Origin: Macrostomum hystrix
Taxonomy: Eukaryota > Animalia > Platyhelminthes
Reading direction: 5' to 3'
Assembly (NCBI GenBank): GCA_950097015.1
Contig: CATNEN010000030.1
Location: forward strand, 3,534,001-3,598,000
Length of the DNA: 64,000 nucleotides
Part shown: piece by piece, positions 48,983 to 62,349 of the stretch
Position numbering within the stretch: the first letter of the stretch is position 1
Layout of the letters: the number at the start of each line of letters is the position of its first letter
Made by a program: the position numbers and the translations under genes
The notes under the pieces: generated by a model
What the model saw: only the letters and a program-made list of their open reading frames with translations
What the model was told of the DNA's origin: nothing
The model's database searches: none

Positions 48983-49334
48983 CTGTAAACGCGTTTGCCT
49001 TTCGCACCAAGGTCCCTGAGCTCGATTCCGCGGCGAGGCCACATTCATTTAGGGCGCAGCCGCGTAGCGATGGCTTGGGGGCTTGTCGTGCAATTGACGC
49101 CCTTTGAGGTCAAACCTCCAAGGCACAGTGAGAGTGTACACTGCCAGACGACGAGAAAGTCAAGGCAGATGTACACACCTGTGTGAGTTTGTGCTTGCGT
49201 ACGGTATCTGTGTACGTGTGTGCTCAAGAGTCAGCGAAATGGGCAGAATTGCCTCCTCGCTGGCTTGGGGTCTTGTGTCACCAAATGATGTGGCATTGCC
49301 TGCAGCTCTCCTGCGGTTATTATTATTATTTTTT
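48983..49334 (+). mobile_element. SINE family A, copy 4 (head partly missing)
   Basis: cgcaccaaggtccctgagctcgattccgcggcgaggcc core and (TTA)n tail. Confidence 0.82.
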
Positions 49335-51464
49335 TCGAGTATTAGACTGTGCGTCTTTTCGTTTAAGTTTTAGCATCGTGTATAGACTAGTTTAACAGGC
49401 AAAAGGGCCACTACGAATTACGATTCTAAATCCCAGATGTATGAGAAAGTTACGAAACAGTTTCTGAGAAATCAATTGGGTTGTGATTAGTTTTCAGCCC
49501 CCTTCAACTAAAAACGCGGTATCATAGAATCCATTTTCTATTCAGAATTTTCTCAGAGCCTATCTTTTGATAGGTCAAAAATCTGGGATTATGAGGCGCC
49601 CAGGAGATTTTGAGGCAATTTTTTAGGACGGTACAAAAGACGACTAAGAATGAGCCTGGAACCCAGGCCTGTCCACTGATCCAGTGGGGTGGCTGTTTCA
49701 AAAACTCGCCCACGGCGGAGTCTTTGTGGCAATGAATTTCACAAAGGATTTTAAATATTATAAAGGCCTTTCCCGATGCGGGGATCACGGGATAAATGTG
49801 TCTAGCAGGGCGATTGAAAGAGGAAATCAGGTCTGAAACATGGATCTTTCCAGGAAATAGGGATTTCAACTCCTTTATACATCCCAGCCAGCCTGCGCTT
49901 GCAGCTTGAATCCCATTTCCAGCCTCCCCATCGCGGCCTAATGGAGTTCAAGAGATGCAGGCGATGGGGAGTAGATGAGGCGAGAGAGGAGCTGAGAGTG
50001 GAATGGATTGGCCTTGGCAGATTCGGGAAAACTTCCCATTAGTCCAGCGATAGAGGAGGCCAGCTAGCCGGCCTGGGGGATAAGTGACGTAGCCGCGGTT
50101 CGGACTCGAGGCGTCGAGTTTCGAAGATGGGGATTTTGTACGCAGAATTTCTCAGCGCCCTCCGGGCTCCCGGACCCCCCAAACGGCTCCCCCGGAGTCG
50201 TCGGGCAAGATCGGCCAGATTTTGCCACAGGGAAGTCGGGGGGGGGCGGAGGCGGCAGATGCGGCTACGCGGAGCGGGATGGACCGCTTTCACCCATCGT
50301 AGTCCCCTCTTATCCTTTATCCGCTGGGCTCCACGCAGCTGGGACTAGTGCCGCATCCATCGCCGGCTTTATTATCATCATATTGGCAAGGTGAATGCTG
50401 GTCAGACCCGCCCCACCCCCTCCCTCCCTCCCAGCTGATACCCGCGGGATGTGACGAAGTGGCTCCAGTCGCGAACTAGGAGAATGGATGAGGAGTTGAG
50501 CAGGGGATCGTTTCAGCATCGAAGACTGAGTGGCAAGGAGTCACTCCACTACGGGCAGGACCCCTTCTCTCCTCACTCTCCGCTGTCTCCCAATGCCTCA
50601 TCATCTCCAGTTTTTTCAACCGAATGGGGAAATGAAGATTCACGAGCGGATTACCTTGAGGGTTAGGGAAATGTGGAAAGAGAGAGATTGAGTGGGGCAG
50701 GTTCATCGCCTGTGCTCAGAATAAAATCGAACCAGATTTTCATCTTTCACTTCGCACAATGTCCCTGAGGACACCTTTTAGAGGAAAATGTGCCAGCAGA
50801 ATATTTTAGCGCCGAAGAAAAATTGGCACAACTGGAACACAAAAAATAATAGTTTGGTTCGGGATTTAACTCGAGCCCAGATCGCCCAGTCATCGGCAAT
50901 GAAGGCTCCTTGGCCTTCCATGCCCGCAGCTCCTTCCAACCGGTCAATTGTTTCTCCTCCGATCAATAAAATATGGGGAGGCCGACGCCTGGGCCTGAAA
51001 GATCTTTCAGGGAAGATTAATGCATCGCCGGCGGAGACTCCAGTAAGTCTACTTCCTCAGCCATGAAGCCTCCCCAGACCCCATAACCCCATAGAGTTGC
51101 CGAGTCGATCATTTGTCTCCCCGAGTTCCTGCATGGGAAACTGGGGTCGGACCGCGATTTATCAGGTCAATAATCTGCTATGGCCTGAGAGACTCAGCGG
51201 TTAAGAAGATGGCTAGATGAGTTTTTGTGGCAATTCATTATTTAAGTTAATCAGCTTTTAAACGAGCAAACTAAAAAAACACGAAATTACAAATTCAAAA
51301 TACCCAGCTCGCACTGCTTGATTAAATTGACGCATCAGCTGCACCTCACTGCTCATCTTCAACAACAGACGACTCAGCATGAGCTCCAACACGCCTACAC
51401 ACCTCATCTGTGTTGCCTCTCCTTCAATGTCCTTATCCGTCTCCTCTCAAAATAAACACCTCAC

Positions 51465-52690
51465 CAATCTCATCTCAGACCCATCCTTCTCAATCTCATC
51501 TCAGACCCATCCTTCTCAATCTCATCTCAGACCCATCCTTCTCAATCTCATCTCAGACCCATCCTTCTTAATCTCATCTCAGACCCATCCTTCTCAATCT
51601 CATCTCAGACCCATCCTTCTCAATCTCATCTCAGACCCATCCTTCTTAATCTCATCTCAGACCCATCCTTCTCAATCTCATCTCAGACCCATCCTTCTCA
51701 ATCTCATCCCAGACCCATCCTTCTCAATCTCATCCCAGACCCATCCTTCTCAATCTCATCTCAGACCCATCCTTCTTAATCTCATCTCAGACCCATCCTT
51801 CTCAATCTCATCCCAGTCTCATCCTTCTCAATCTCATCCCAGTCCCATCCTTCTCAATCTCATCCCAGTCCCATCCTTCTCAATCTCATGCCAGTCTCAA
51901 TCCTTCTCAATCTCATCCTAGTCCCATCCTTCTCAATCTCATCCCAGTCTCAATCCTTCTCAATCTCATCCCAGTCTCATCCTTCTCAATCTTATCCCAG
52001 TCTCAATCCTTCTCAATCTTATCCCAGTCTCAACCTTCTTAATCTCATGCCAGTCTCAATCCTTCTCAATCTCATCCTAGTCCCATCCTTCTCAATCTTA
52101 TCCCAGTCCCATCCTTCTCAATCTCATCTCAGACCCATCCTTCTCAATCTCATCTCAGACCCATCCTTCTTAATCTCATCTCAGACCCATCCTTCTCAAT
52201 CTTATCCCAGTCCCATCCTTCTCAATCTCATCCCAGTCTCATCCTTCTCAATCTCATCCCAGTCCCATCCTTCTCAATCTCATCCCAGTCCCATCCTTCT
52301 CAATCTCATGCCAGTCTCAATCCTTCTCAATCTCATCCTAGTCCCATCCTTCTCAATCTCATCCCAGTCTCAATCCTTCTCAATCTCATCCCAGTCTCAT
52401 CCTTCTCAATCTTATCCCAGTCTCAATCCTTCTCAATCTTATCCCAGTCTCAACCTTCTTAATCTCATGCCAGTCTCAATCCTTCTCAATCTCATCCTAG
52501 TCCCATCCTTCTCAATCTTATCCCAGTCCCATCCTTCTCAATCTCATCCTAGTCCCATCCTTCTCAATCTTATCCCAGTCCCATCCTTCTCAATCTTATC
52601 CCAGTCCCATCATTCTCAATCTTATCCCAGTCTCATCCTTCTTAATCTCATCCCAGTCTCAATCCTTCTCAATCTCATGCCAGTCCCAGC
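51465..52690. repeat. 26-bp repeat TCTCAATCTCATC(T/C)CAG(A/T)CCCATCCT
   Basis: Direct reading. Confidence 0.95.
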
Positions 52691-53129
52691 TTCTCAACCA
52701 TATCCCAGCTACAGCTCTGCGCTGACTTGATTGAGACGAGCAAGCAAAAGCAGGAGCAGCGGAGGGAGAAAGTGAGGATCTGGGATAGAATGAGCAGCAG
52801 TGCTATGAAGCAGCAACAAGTCAAACATTGTCCCGCTGACTCCCAACCATCCAGATGAGGCCCACCTGTCTCGGCCGTGTCCGCCCCCCCCCCTCGATCT
52901 CAAACAAACCAGCGGGGAGGCAAGAGATGCGACTGCGAAGCAGCCAAAGGCTGGCAGATAGATTGAAAACTTGCTAGGGTTACTTAACGCTAAAAATGCA
53001 ACGTCAAATGGGAAATTGGAGCATTGTCCAAACATTAAGTAGGAATCGGGGACAGGCAAGACAGTCAAGAACTCGACTGTAGAAGGGTGAAAATGAAAAA
53101 ATGGATTGGATGTCAGGCAAACAAAGGCG

Positions 53130-53698
53130 TGGATTCCATCGACAGGATTCCATCGACAGGATTCCATCTACAGGATTCCATCTACAGGATTCCATCGACA
53201 GGATTCCATCGACAGGATTCCATCGACAGGATTCCATCTACAGGATTCCATCGACAGGATTCCATCGACAGGATTCCATCGACAGGATTCCATCGACAGG
53301 ATTCCACAAACTTTTAAAGTTTGGAATCCAACCCACAGATTCTAAACTACAGAATCCAACCCACAGAATCCAACCACCAGAATCCAACCCACAGAATCCA
53401 ACCCACAGAATCCAACCCACAGAATCCAACCCACAGAATCCAACCACCAGAATCCAACCCACAGAATCCAACCCACAGAATCCAACCCACAGAATCCAAC
53501 CCACAGAATCCAACCACCAGAATCCAACCCACAGAATCCAACCCACAGAATCCAACCCACAGAATCCAACCCACAGAATCCAACCACCAGAATCCAACCC
53601 ACAGAATCCAACCCACAGAATCCAACCCACAGAATCCAACCCACAGAATCCAACCCACAGAATCCAACCCACAGAATCCAACCCACGGATTTCAACCC
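53130..53698. repeat. Two adjacent 14-bp arrays: ATTCCATCGACAGG (53130-53305) and AATCCAACCCACAG (53322-53698)
   Basis: Direct reading. Confidence 0.96.
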
Positions 53699-54413
53699 AA
53701 AAATATTACACACAGAATGTTGTTCACTTAAATCGCAGACACGGACCTGGAATGACATTATTGATTATCCTCAAACGCATCTTGCTACTTTGTCTCAGAC
53801 TTTAGCATAAAATTTCCCCATGCAGTGTTTATGAATTGTCAGGCGGGAAGCCTGGCGAAAACCCCTTTTGTGAAAGGTGATCCTCTCATTTCCCGCTCAC
53901 TACCGGCCAAAACTCCAGCAGTGGAGATGGAATGGAAGGGGAGAATTGTGAGATTGCAAATCGGGGCGGTGGGAAAGCGAGTAAGAGAGCTCAAAGCGAA
54001 GGCACTGAATAAAAAACCAAAAAATGGGGAGAAATGAATAAGACAGAAAAAGCAGACGAGAGTGTGTGAGGGAGATGGGGAGTCGGGAACTGTCGAATGT
54101 ATTTTCTTTCCTGGCAGACAGGAGAGTAAAGGGGAGGGCCATTAGCGATCGGGCGAAGGTCCATTAGGACTGGGGTGAGAAGGGAATGAATATACTGCTG
54201 CTGCTGCTGCTGCTGCATCAGACCAGGGCTCTCACTGTTGCTCTGGACTCACTGCCGGTCTCAGTGTTTCCATATACAGGTCACACTATCCGCATAGGCC
54301 TTAAGGGCGCTTGAAGACTGTGCACACACACAGTGCAGTCTTCTTTGTCAAAATGTCATTAAGCTGTCATAATGAAAGTCTTCATTTTTACATTCTTTTT
54401 TTATAAAGCACCG

Positions 54414-55810
54414 CTGATGATACCCTGAACTGACCATACCCTGAACTGACCATAACCTGAACTGACCATACCCTGAACTGACCATACCCTGAACTGACCA
54501 TAACCTGAACTGACCATAACCTGAACTGACCATAACCTGAACTGACCATACCCTGAACTGACCATACCCTGAACTGACCATACCCTGAACTGACCATACC
54601 CTGAACTGACCATAACCTGAACTGACCATAACCTGAACTGACCATAACCTGAACTGACCATACCCTGAACTGACCATAACCTGAACTGACCATACCCTGA
54701 ACTGACCATAACCTGAACTGACCATAACCTGAACTGACCATAACCTGAACTGACCATAACCTGAACTGACCATACCCTGAACTGACCATACCCTGAACTG
54801 ACCATACCCTGAACTGACCATAACCTGAACTGACCATACCCTGAACTGACCATACCCTGAACTGACCATACCCTGAACTGACCATAACCTGAACTGACCA
54901 TACCCTGAACTGACCATAACCTGAACTGACCATACCCTGAACTGACCATACCCTGAACTGACCATACCCTGAACTGACCATAACCTGAACTGACCATACC
55001 CTGAACTGACCATAACCTGAACTGACCATACCCTGAACTGACCATACCCTGAACTGACCATACCCTGAACTGACCATAACCTGAACTGACCATACCCTGA
55101 ACTGACCATACCCTGAACTGACCATAACCTGAACTGACCATACCCTGAACTGACCATAACCTGAACTGACCATAACCTGAACTGACCATACCCTGAACTG
55201 ACCATAACCTGAACTGACCATACCCTGAACTGACCATAACCTGAACTGACCATAACCTGAACTGACCATACCCTGAACTGACCATACCCTGAACTGACCA
55301 TAACCTGAACTGACCATAACCTGAACTGACCATACCCTGAACTGACCATAACCTGAACTGACCATACCCTGAACTGACCATACCCTGAACTGACCATACC
55401 CTGAACTGACCATACCCTGAACTGACCATAACCTGAACTGACCATACCCTGAACTGACCATAACCTGAACTGACCATACCCTGAACTGACCATACCCTGA
55501 ACTGACCATACCCTGAACTGACCATAACCTGAACTGACCATACCCTGAACTGACCATAACCTGAACTGACCATACCCTGAACTGACCATAACCTGAACTG
55601 ACCATACCCTGAACTGACCATAACCTGAACTGACCATACCCTGAACTGACCATAACCCTGAACTGACCATAACCTGAACTGACCATACCCTGAACTGACC
55701 ATAACCTGAACTGACCATACCCTGAACTGACCATAACCTGAACTGACCATACCCTGAACTGACCATAACCTGAACTGACCATAACCTGAGCTGATTATAC
55801 CCTGAACTGG
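54414..55810. repeat. 16-bp repeat TA(C/A)CCTGAACTGACCA
   Basis: Period 16; source of the MVSSGYGQFR pseudo-ORFs. Confidence 0.98.
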
Positions 55811-56564
55811 TCATTTCTATTTTAGTATATCAGTGCGACTAAAGCAGAGAAATGCGATCTACTAAAAATAACAATAGTCTTAGAAGCAAATAGTACTGAC
55901 TGGCAGGGATCTGGGAATATTTGAAAGCCAAAAGTGAGTGTGCTCAGCCCCCGTATCAAGTTGAGAAAGGAAAACGAGAGAGAAATAGAGACAGACAGAG
56001 AGCTGGGGGAATCCAGCCACTCTGCAATTCATTGCGGCCCAAATTCTTCCCATGGGAGAATTTCTCAGGCTTCTCTAAAAACACTAAAAATCCCATCCCG
56101 CCACCCACTACTCCCTCATATCGACGCGCCGCAACCCGGGGCCTGGGATTTCGATGAGAAGGCACCCGCGACTTTGATCCCCGCATTGCTCCGAGATTGC
56201 CTCCCAGCCACCCCCACCACCCAAGATGGGATCTGAAACGGGCGGGGATAAAGGCGAGCCCGCTTTGACTGATATGTTTCTGTCTGGGTGCTAAAAAATT
56301 CCCAAATAGAAACTGTCGGGCGGCCACTCACTGCTCTCATTGTGCGGCGGCTTGGATTATGAATAATGGCCGAACCGAATTTCTAGTCTCAAAATGAGTC
56401 TACTGGACTGCTCGTTGGAAAAAAATAATATTCGCCGGCAGGCTCTGAGTATTGCGCACAGGTGTGAGGCCTTGACTCCCTCATCATCAGACACGGGTGT
56501 TCCTAACATCTTGCTTTAATTATCTGAACACAACTGTATTAAAAAATATTTATTAAATGAGACT

Positions 56565-56914
56565 AATGATAATAATAATAATAATAATAATAATACGACT
56601 AATTGTAGGAGGTCTGCTGGCAATGGCACATCATTTGGTGACACTAGACCCGCAGCCAGCGAGGAGGCAATTCTGCCCATTTCGCTGACTCCTGAGCACA
56701 CACGCACACAAATACCGTACGCAGGTGTGTACATCTGCCTTGACTTTCTCGTCGTCAGGGAGTGTACGCCTTCACTGAGCCTTGGAGGTTGGACCTCAAA
56801 GGGCGAAAATTGCACGACAAGCCCCCAAGCCAAATGAATGTGGCCTCGCCGCGGAATCGAGCTCAGGGACCTTGGTGCGAGAGACAAACGCGTTAACCGC
56901 TCTGCCACCGACCC
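56565..56914 (-). mobile_element. SINE family A, copy 5
   Basis: Reverse complement begins GGGTCGGTGGCAGAGCGGTTAACGCG; (AAT)n on the + strand is the tail. Confidence 0.85.
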
Positions 56915-57694
56915 CTAAAACATAAGACTACTCACCTTTTCCGTTGTTAATGAACAGCTAAGAGCTTGGTAAGATGAGATTCAAACTTTACCAGGTGATT
57001 GAGATAATTGGCGCACTGTCTGCAGACCAATTGTTGGGTTTCTTTCAGTACGGCGCTACTAGACTCATTCGGTTTGCCTTGTCTGCTTGGCCATGAGGGA
57101 AAGACAGTTCTGTGTAATCAATGCCGAGTGAGCAAGTCGGCAGGAGGCAACACCAAAATCATGTTAGAAAAGGATTCATGAAACATTCATTGATGGATAG
57201 AGAGTGTGTGAGTGTGGTGGGGCCGGTGATATGCTGCTCACACATCTTCCACTTCGTGATTGGTCAGTTGCTTTCATTCGCCTCGCCTCAGCCTGTAGAG
57301 AGAGAGAGAGAGAGAGAGAGAGAAGCACAGGATGGGAAAGTGCGAAAATCTCCCCCCTCACACATAGATGTCGTCATTAAAGAGAGGATCAAGGAACCAA
57401 ATTGCTATACGCTTGGAGTGAAAGACAAGTTATGGAGATGACTGGTGCAGGCTTTCGCATGCATAGCTAGGCTTTCGTGGATAAATCTAGCTTAGAAGCG
57501 GGCGCCTGACTCAGGGTTGGCTGCGGCTCGAGAATTTTCAGCACAATCAGATAAATAGATACGCGCTAGATAGAGCTGACACACAGTTGGGCCACATGCA
57601 CAGCCTCTGACACAGCTGGCGCTTCTAGAGGCCGTGTACCGCTGTTCAGTCCGTGGACTGGGCAGCCTGCCACACCCTGCCGAGTATCTACCTA

Positions 57695-57850
57695 CCTGAC
57701 TTTCTACCTACCTGACACACCTAGCCGAGTTTCTACCTACCTGACACACCTAGCCGAGTTTCTACCTACCTGACACACCTAGCCGAGTTTCTACCTGCCT
57801 GACACACCTAGCCGAGTTTCTACCTACCTGACACACCTAGCCGAGTTTTT
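57695..57850. repeat. 29-bp repeat CTAGCCGAGTTTCTACCTACCTGACACAC (~5 units)
   Basis: Period 29 (57721 and 57750). Confidence 0.93.
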
Positions 57851-57869
57851 ACCTCTCTTAATTCTAGTA

Positions 57870-57985
57870 CTCATTGCGCTATGCTCTAAGTGTCTTCCTC
57901 AACGACGCATTTTTGTATTTCTTGGACTGAGATTCGAACTCCTGACCTCTGGGTCAGAAGTCAGAAGCTCAAACCACTAGGATAG
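57870..57985 (-). mobile_element. SINE family B copy
   Basis: Reverse complement ctatcctagtggtttgagcttctgacttctgacccagaggtcagGAGTTCGAATC...gtcgttgaggaagacacttag. tRNA-like head, no complete acceptor stem. Confidence 0.62.
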
Positions 57986-58454
57986 AAGCAGCGGAAGCAC
58001 AAATATTGAGCACCTTGGATTAAAAATGTGAGGATTTAAGCGCAATTTTCAGTCATGTTGATATTCATAATTGGCAAACAATATCAATATTAATCTATCA
58101 AGACTCAATAGATGGCCTTACTCACGACTTTGTAATACAATATTTTTTTACATTTTTTTCTTAGCCCAGGTAAAAAATCAAAAGAGAGTAGATTACCAAG
58201 CTATTAGCAGTAATTAGCATTTGCCTCGAAAGACAATTACTCAAATTAACTAAGTGCTGTCACATTGCATTCTAAGCTGACTCTTTCCGTGTTTCTTTAA
58301 TAAAAAAAAGATTTTGTCCAAGGGATTATTCTGCTGCCTATCTGCTCAAAGTAGACTGCATGGAAAGTAAAACTCCCAAATGTTTCCGCAAAGCCGCGAT
58401 CCTTTAAATGATGCGTGACATTTCGTGAATCTCTGTGAATTCTTGAAACTTCAG

Positions 58455-58750
58455 TTCCTAAAATCCTTAGATTCTTAGAATCCTTAGATTCCTAGAATCC
58501 TTAGATTCCTAGAATCCTTAGATTCCTAGAATCCTTAGATTCCTAGAATCCTTAGATTCCTAGAATCATTAGTCATACGAGCTAGAATCTTTAGATTCCT
58601 AGAATCATTAGTCATGGAATCTTTAGATTCCTAGAATCATTAGTCATAGAATCTTTAGATTCCTAGAATCATTAGTCATAGAATCTTTAGATTCCTAGAA
58701 TCACTAGTCATAGAATCCTTAGATTCCTAGAATCATTAGTCATAGAATTA
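58455..58750. repeat. 17-bp repeat GATTCCTAGAATCCTTA plus composite units
   Basis: Direct reading. Confidence 0.92.
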
Positions 58751-59604
58751 CAAATTTCATTTTTTAACAAAAGGAATAACTTTTCTTTATTCGTCTTGTA
58801 GTCATTAAACTACTATTAGTAGCCCAAATAATTTTTCCAGTTTGGTATTTGCATTATTTTTTGCCAAAAATTGTTAAAACGCTTTAAAAGCTTTGCAAAT
58901 ATTTGCTTGTGTTGATTAGCCATCGAATTCTCTACTTTCACAGCAACTAATTCAATTTTTCAAGTAGTTAAGACTTTTGCACAGCTAGAAGTTAAAATTT
59001 TATAGAGTAATAATGGTCAGACGATGGCATTGTAATAAAAAATGAACATACATTAAAGAACACCAACTAGCAAAATTAAAAAATAAATAATTAAATCCCT
59101 AACTATTTAACAAACAAGAGGCAAATGATACGAGTAATCGATTTTATTAATATACTCAGCTATACTATACTATTATTTTACTTTTCTAATCTATCCATCC
59201 CAAAGCATATATTCAAGACTGTCAGTGATCCTCATATATTAGACGGTGAGATAATCATCTAATATTTATGATAGGCGCCTATTTGACAATGCTTTAATAC
59301 ATTGTCACAAAAATTCCGTTTGACTGTAAGAGCGCTGGCATGCATTAATTACTCGATAGATAACAGTTTTCTTCTACCCAGCAATTGTCAGTCGCATCGC
59401 AGTGTGAACTATAGGCCTAGTCTAACGTCCTGCCATCGATTGCGGCAATATTAATCGCGCTTTGGACCACATATATCAGGGTCCTGATGGCCGCTATAGC
59501 GCCTTTTATCATTATGTGTTTTTCAAATCATTTACTTCTCTCTAGATTAAACAGATTCAATTTTTTTCAAATCTCTTTCGATTATCTAAATCAACACGCG
59601 ATTG

Positions 59605-60755
59605 GGCCTCTCCTCTCCTCTCCTCTCTCTCTTCTCTTCTCCTCTCATCCACTCTTCTCCTCTCCTCTCCTCTCTCTCCTCTCCTCTCCTCTATTCTACT
59701 CTCCTCCACTCTCCTCTCCTCTCCTCCTCTCCTCCACTCTTCTCCTCTCCTCTCCTCTCTCTCCTCTCCTCTCCTCTATTCTAGTCTCCTCCACTCTCCT
59801 CTCCTCTCCTCTCCTCTCTCTTCTCTTCTCCTCTCCTCCACTCTTCTCCTCTCCTCTCCTCTCTCTCCTCTCCTCTCCTCTATTCTACTCTCCTCCACTC
59901 TCCTCTCCTCTCCTCTCCTCTCTCTCTTCTCTTCTCCTCTCCTCCACTCTTCTCCTCTCCTCTCCTCTCTCTCCTCTCCTCTCCTCTCTCTTCTCCTCTC
60001 CTCTCCTCTCTCTCCTCTCCTCTCCTCTATTCTACTCTCCTCCACTCTCCTCTCCTCTCCTCCTCTCCTCCACTCTTCTCCTCTCCTCCACTCTTCTCCT
60101 CTCCTCTCCTCTCTCTCCTCTCCTCTCCTCCACTCTCCTCTCCTCTCCTCTCCTCTCTCTCTTCTCTTCTCCTCTCCTCCACTCTTCTCCTCTCCTCTCC
60201 TCTCTCTCCTCTCCTCTCCTCTATTCTACTCTCCTCCACTCTCCTCTCCTCTCCTCTCCTCTCTCTTCTCTTCTCCTCTCCTCCACTCTTCTCCTCTCCT
60301 CTCCTCTCTCTCCTCTCCTCTCCTCTATTCTACTCTCCTCCACTCTCCTCTCCTCTCCTCTCCTCTCTCTTCTCTTCTCCTCTCCTCCACTCTTCTCCTC
60401 TCCTCTCCTCTCTCTCCTCTCCTCTCCTCTATTCTACTCTCCTCCACTCTCCTCTCCTCTCCTCTCCTCTCTCTTCTCTTCTCCTCTCCTCCACTCTTCT
60501 CCTCTCCTCTCCTCTCTCTCCTCTCCTCTCCTCTATTCTACTCTCCTCCACTCTCCTCTCCTCTCCTCCTCTCCTCCACTCTCCTCTCCTCCACTCTCCT
60601 CTCCTCTCCTCTCCTCTCCTCTCCTCTCCTCTCCTCTCCTCTCCTCTCCTCTCCTCTCCTCTCCTCTCCTCTCCTCTCCTCTCCTCTCCTCTCCTCTCCT
60701 CTCCACTCCTCTACTCTCCTCTCCTCTCCTCTCCTCTCCTCTCCTCTCCTTTCCT
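59605..60755. repeat. Pyrimidine tract (CTCCT/CTCT)n
   Basis: Direct reading. Confidence 0.95.
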
Positions 60756-61292
60756 CTTCTTCGCTACTTTTTCGCTAATCGCTACACTCATCTCCCTCTT
60801 TCCAATTTCAAAATTTGACACTAGAAATTATCATTCTGGCCCTTCAAATTTGATGTAGGCCAGCTGGAGAGCGAATGGGAGCGGCTATTCAGATTAGCCC
60901 AGTAGATTGCATGGCAACCAGCCTGCCTGCCATTTCATTGGCTTACAGCGCGTTCGCGTCCTCAGTAGCACAGTCACTCTCTTTCTTCCCCAGTTGGTGT
61001 CACTGATCCTCAGCAGCAGCAGCAGCAACGGAGGCAGGAGCAGCAGACGACCCCTGGAATTTCGAAAATTCTTCGTCTTCCTCATCTCTCCCTCCAACCT
61101 TCGAAGCCCAGAACGGCCGATAGGCCCCTGCTCCACCTCTAGCCTGTCATCGAAACTGCTCAGCAAAAGTTGTTGCCAACATATTTACTTCTCACATTTC
61201 TCGGCCGCCCCCGGGACAGATCGACACAACAGGCAGTCCTGCCAGGGTGCTCTTCCGCGGTGCTGAATTTCTTCAATTTTGACTGCTGGCAG

Positions 61293-61361
61293 AGGAGACG
61301 GCTCTATCTCAGCAGCGATGCAGGAGACGAGAGGCTCCAGAGCTTTGAACGCTGGTCAACG
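61293..61361 (+). CDS. Candidate upstream exon of the harmonin-homology-domain gene (ATG at 61318)
   Basis: ctggcag|A ... CAA CG|gtgaga. The frame MQETRGSRALNAGQR ends in phase 2, matching the phase-2 acceptor at 63084. Confidence 0.5.
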
Positions 61362-62349
61362 GTGAGAAAATCAACTTTATGTGGAACCGAATCAAATTCT
61401 GTGGAATCGTACGAACACACCTAGTGTTCTAACTAAACAAAGGAGATTAATGCCTAGATAACAACAATACAGCTGGAATCGAAGAAGGAATCGTTGCTCA
61501 AAATGACGGCAATAGCAAGTGCAGGGAACCATTGCAGGAAACTTTACAAAGAACTAAAGTAGAATCCTAGCTAAGAAACCTTGGCTACAGTCGGTATCGA
61601 AGCTAGAATTTTTCAGAATCGGCTTAGGAAGGAACATTAGCCATAGTTAGTATCGAAGCTAGAATTGCTGAGAATCGGCTAAGGAAGGAACATTTCATTC
61701 CGTCAGTTCATTCATTCATTGGGCAGGTCACTAAATTATTGATTTCGCCCCCCCCTAACCGGGGTCTTGGCTCGCCACGTGTTTCAGCTGATCCCTAGCG
61801 TAGGGGGAGATAGGGGAAAACATTAGACATGTTATCTGGGGGCTGTTCGTGAGGAATCGGCCTGGGACTTGCAGAAAACGGACCGCGCCGCCACCCAGCC
61901 AGTCTCGTCCATGAGATACGGCCTTCCATTTTCGAAGGCTAAAAAAGGAGAGCAGAGTTAAGATGAGCTCATGAGTGCAGGCAGTGTTGGTCTTGTTAGA
62001 TGTTTACTGTACCGCAACCTTCTTTACTACCTCACGGATGTACTCATGCCCAATGAGAGCAGACCAGTCCAGTTGTCGGACCTGGGTTTTGGGACTCCTA
62101 AAAGGTCAGGTAAACACCTTGGCTAAGTTAAAGGAATTTTCCGCTCAGAATAAAAGTACAAACTGAATATTTACAGCTAAATGCAAAACTAGTGCAGATT
62201 GGGCACACTTTCATATGGTACTCGTACTTTTACTGGACTTTGTCAACAAAGTCAATGATTTACGTGGTTGTATCACACTTTTTTATTTCGTTTAATAAAA
62301 TAACCAGTATTTTTTCATTGCATTCTACTGCAAGAATCTTCCGATTTCT

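Noticed and set aside
49400-51300. GC-rich stretch with several short ORFs as a transposon or gene
   Set aside because: No recognisable protein motif, terminal repeat or second copy in the window; it may be the ZC3H10 promoter region, but this cannot be shown.
54348-55814. Three overlapping 450-490-aa ORFs (MVSSGYGQFRVWSVQG)
   Set aside because: A 16-bp stop-free unit cycles through all three frames; this is a satellite artefact.
57925-57990. Possible genuine tRNA gene (Arg-like) on the minus strand
   Set aside because: The acceptor stem cannot be closed, and the sequence continues into a SINE-like body shared with other copies.
61170-61424. 84-aa ORF as the coding frame of the HHD upstream exon
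   Set aside because: It reaches the donor in phase 0, while the HHD exon needs phase 2; a different frame fits.
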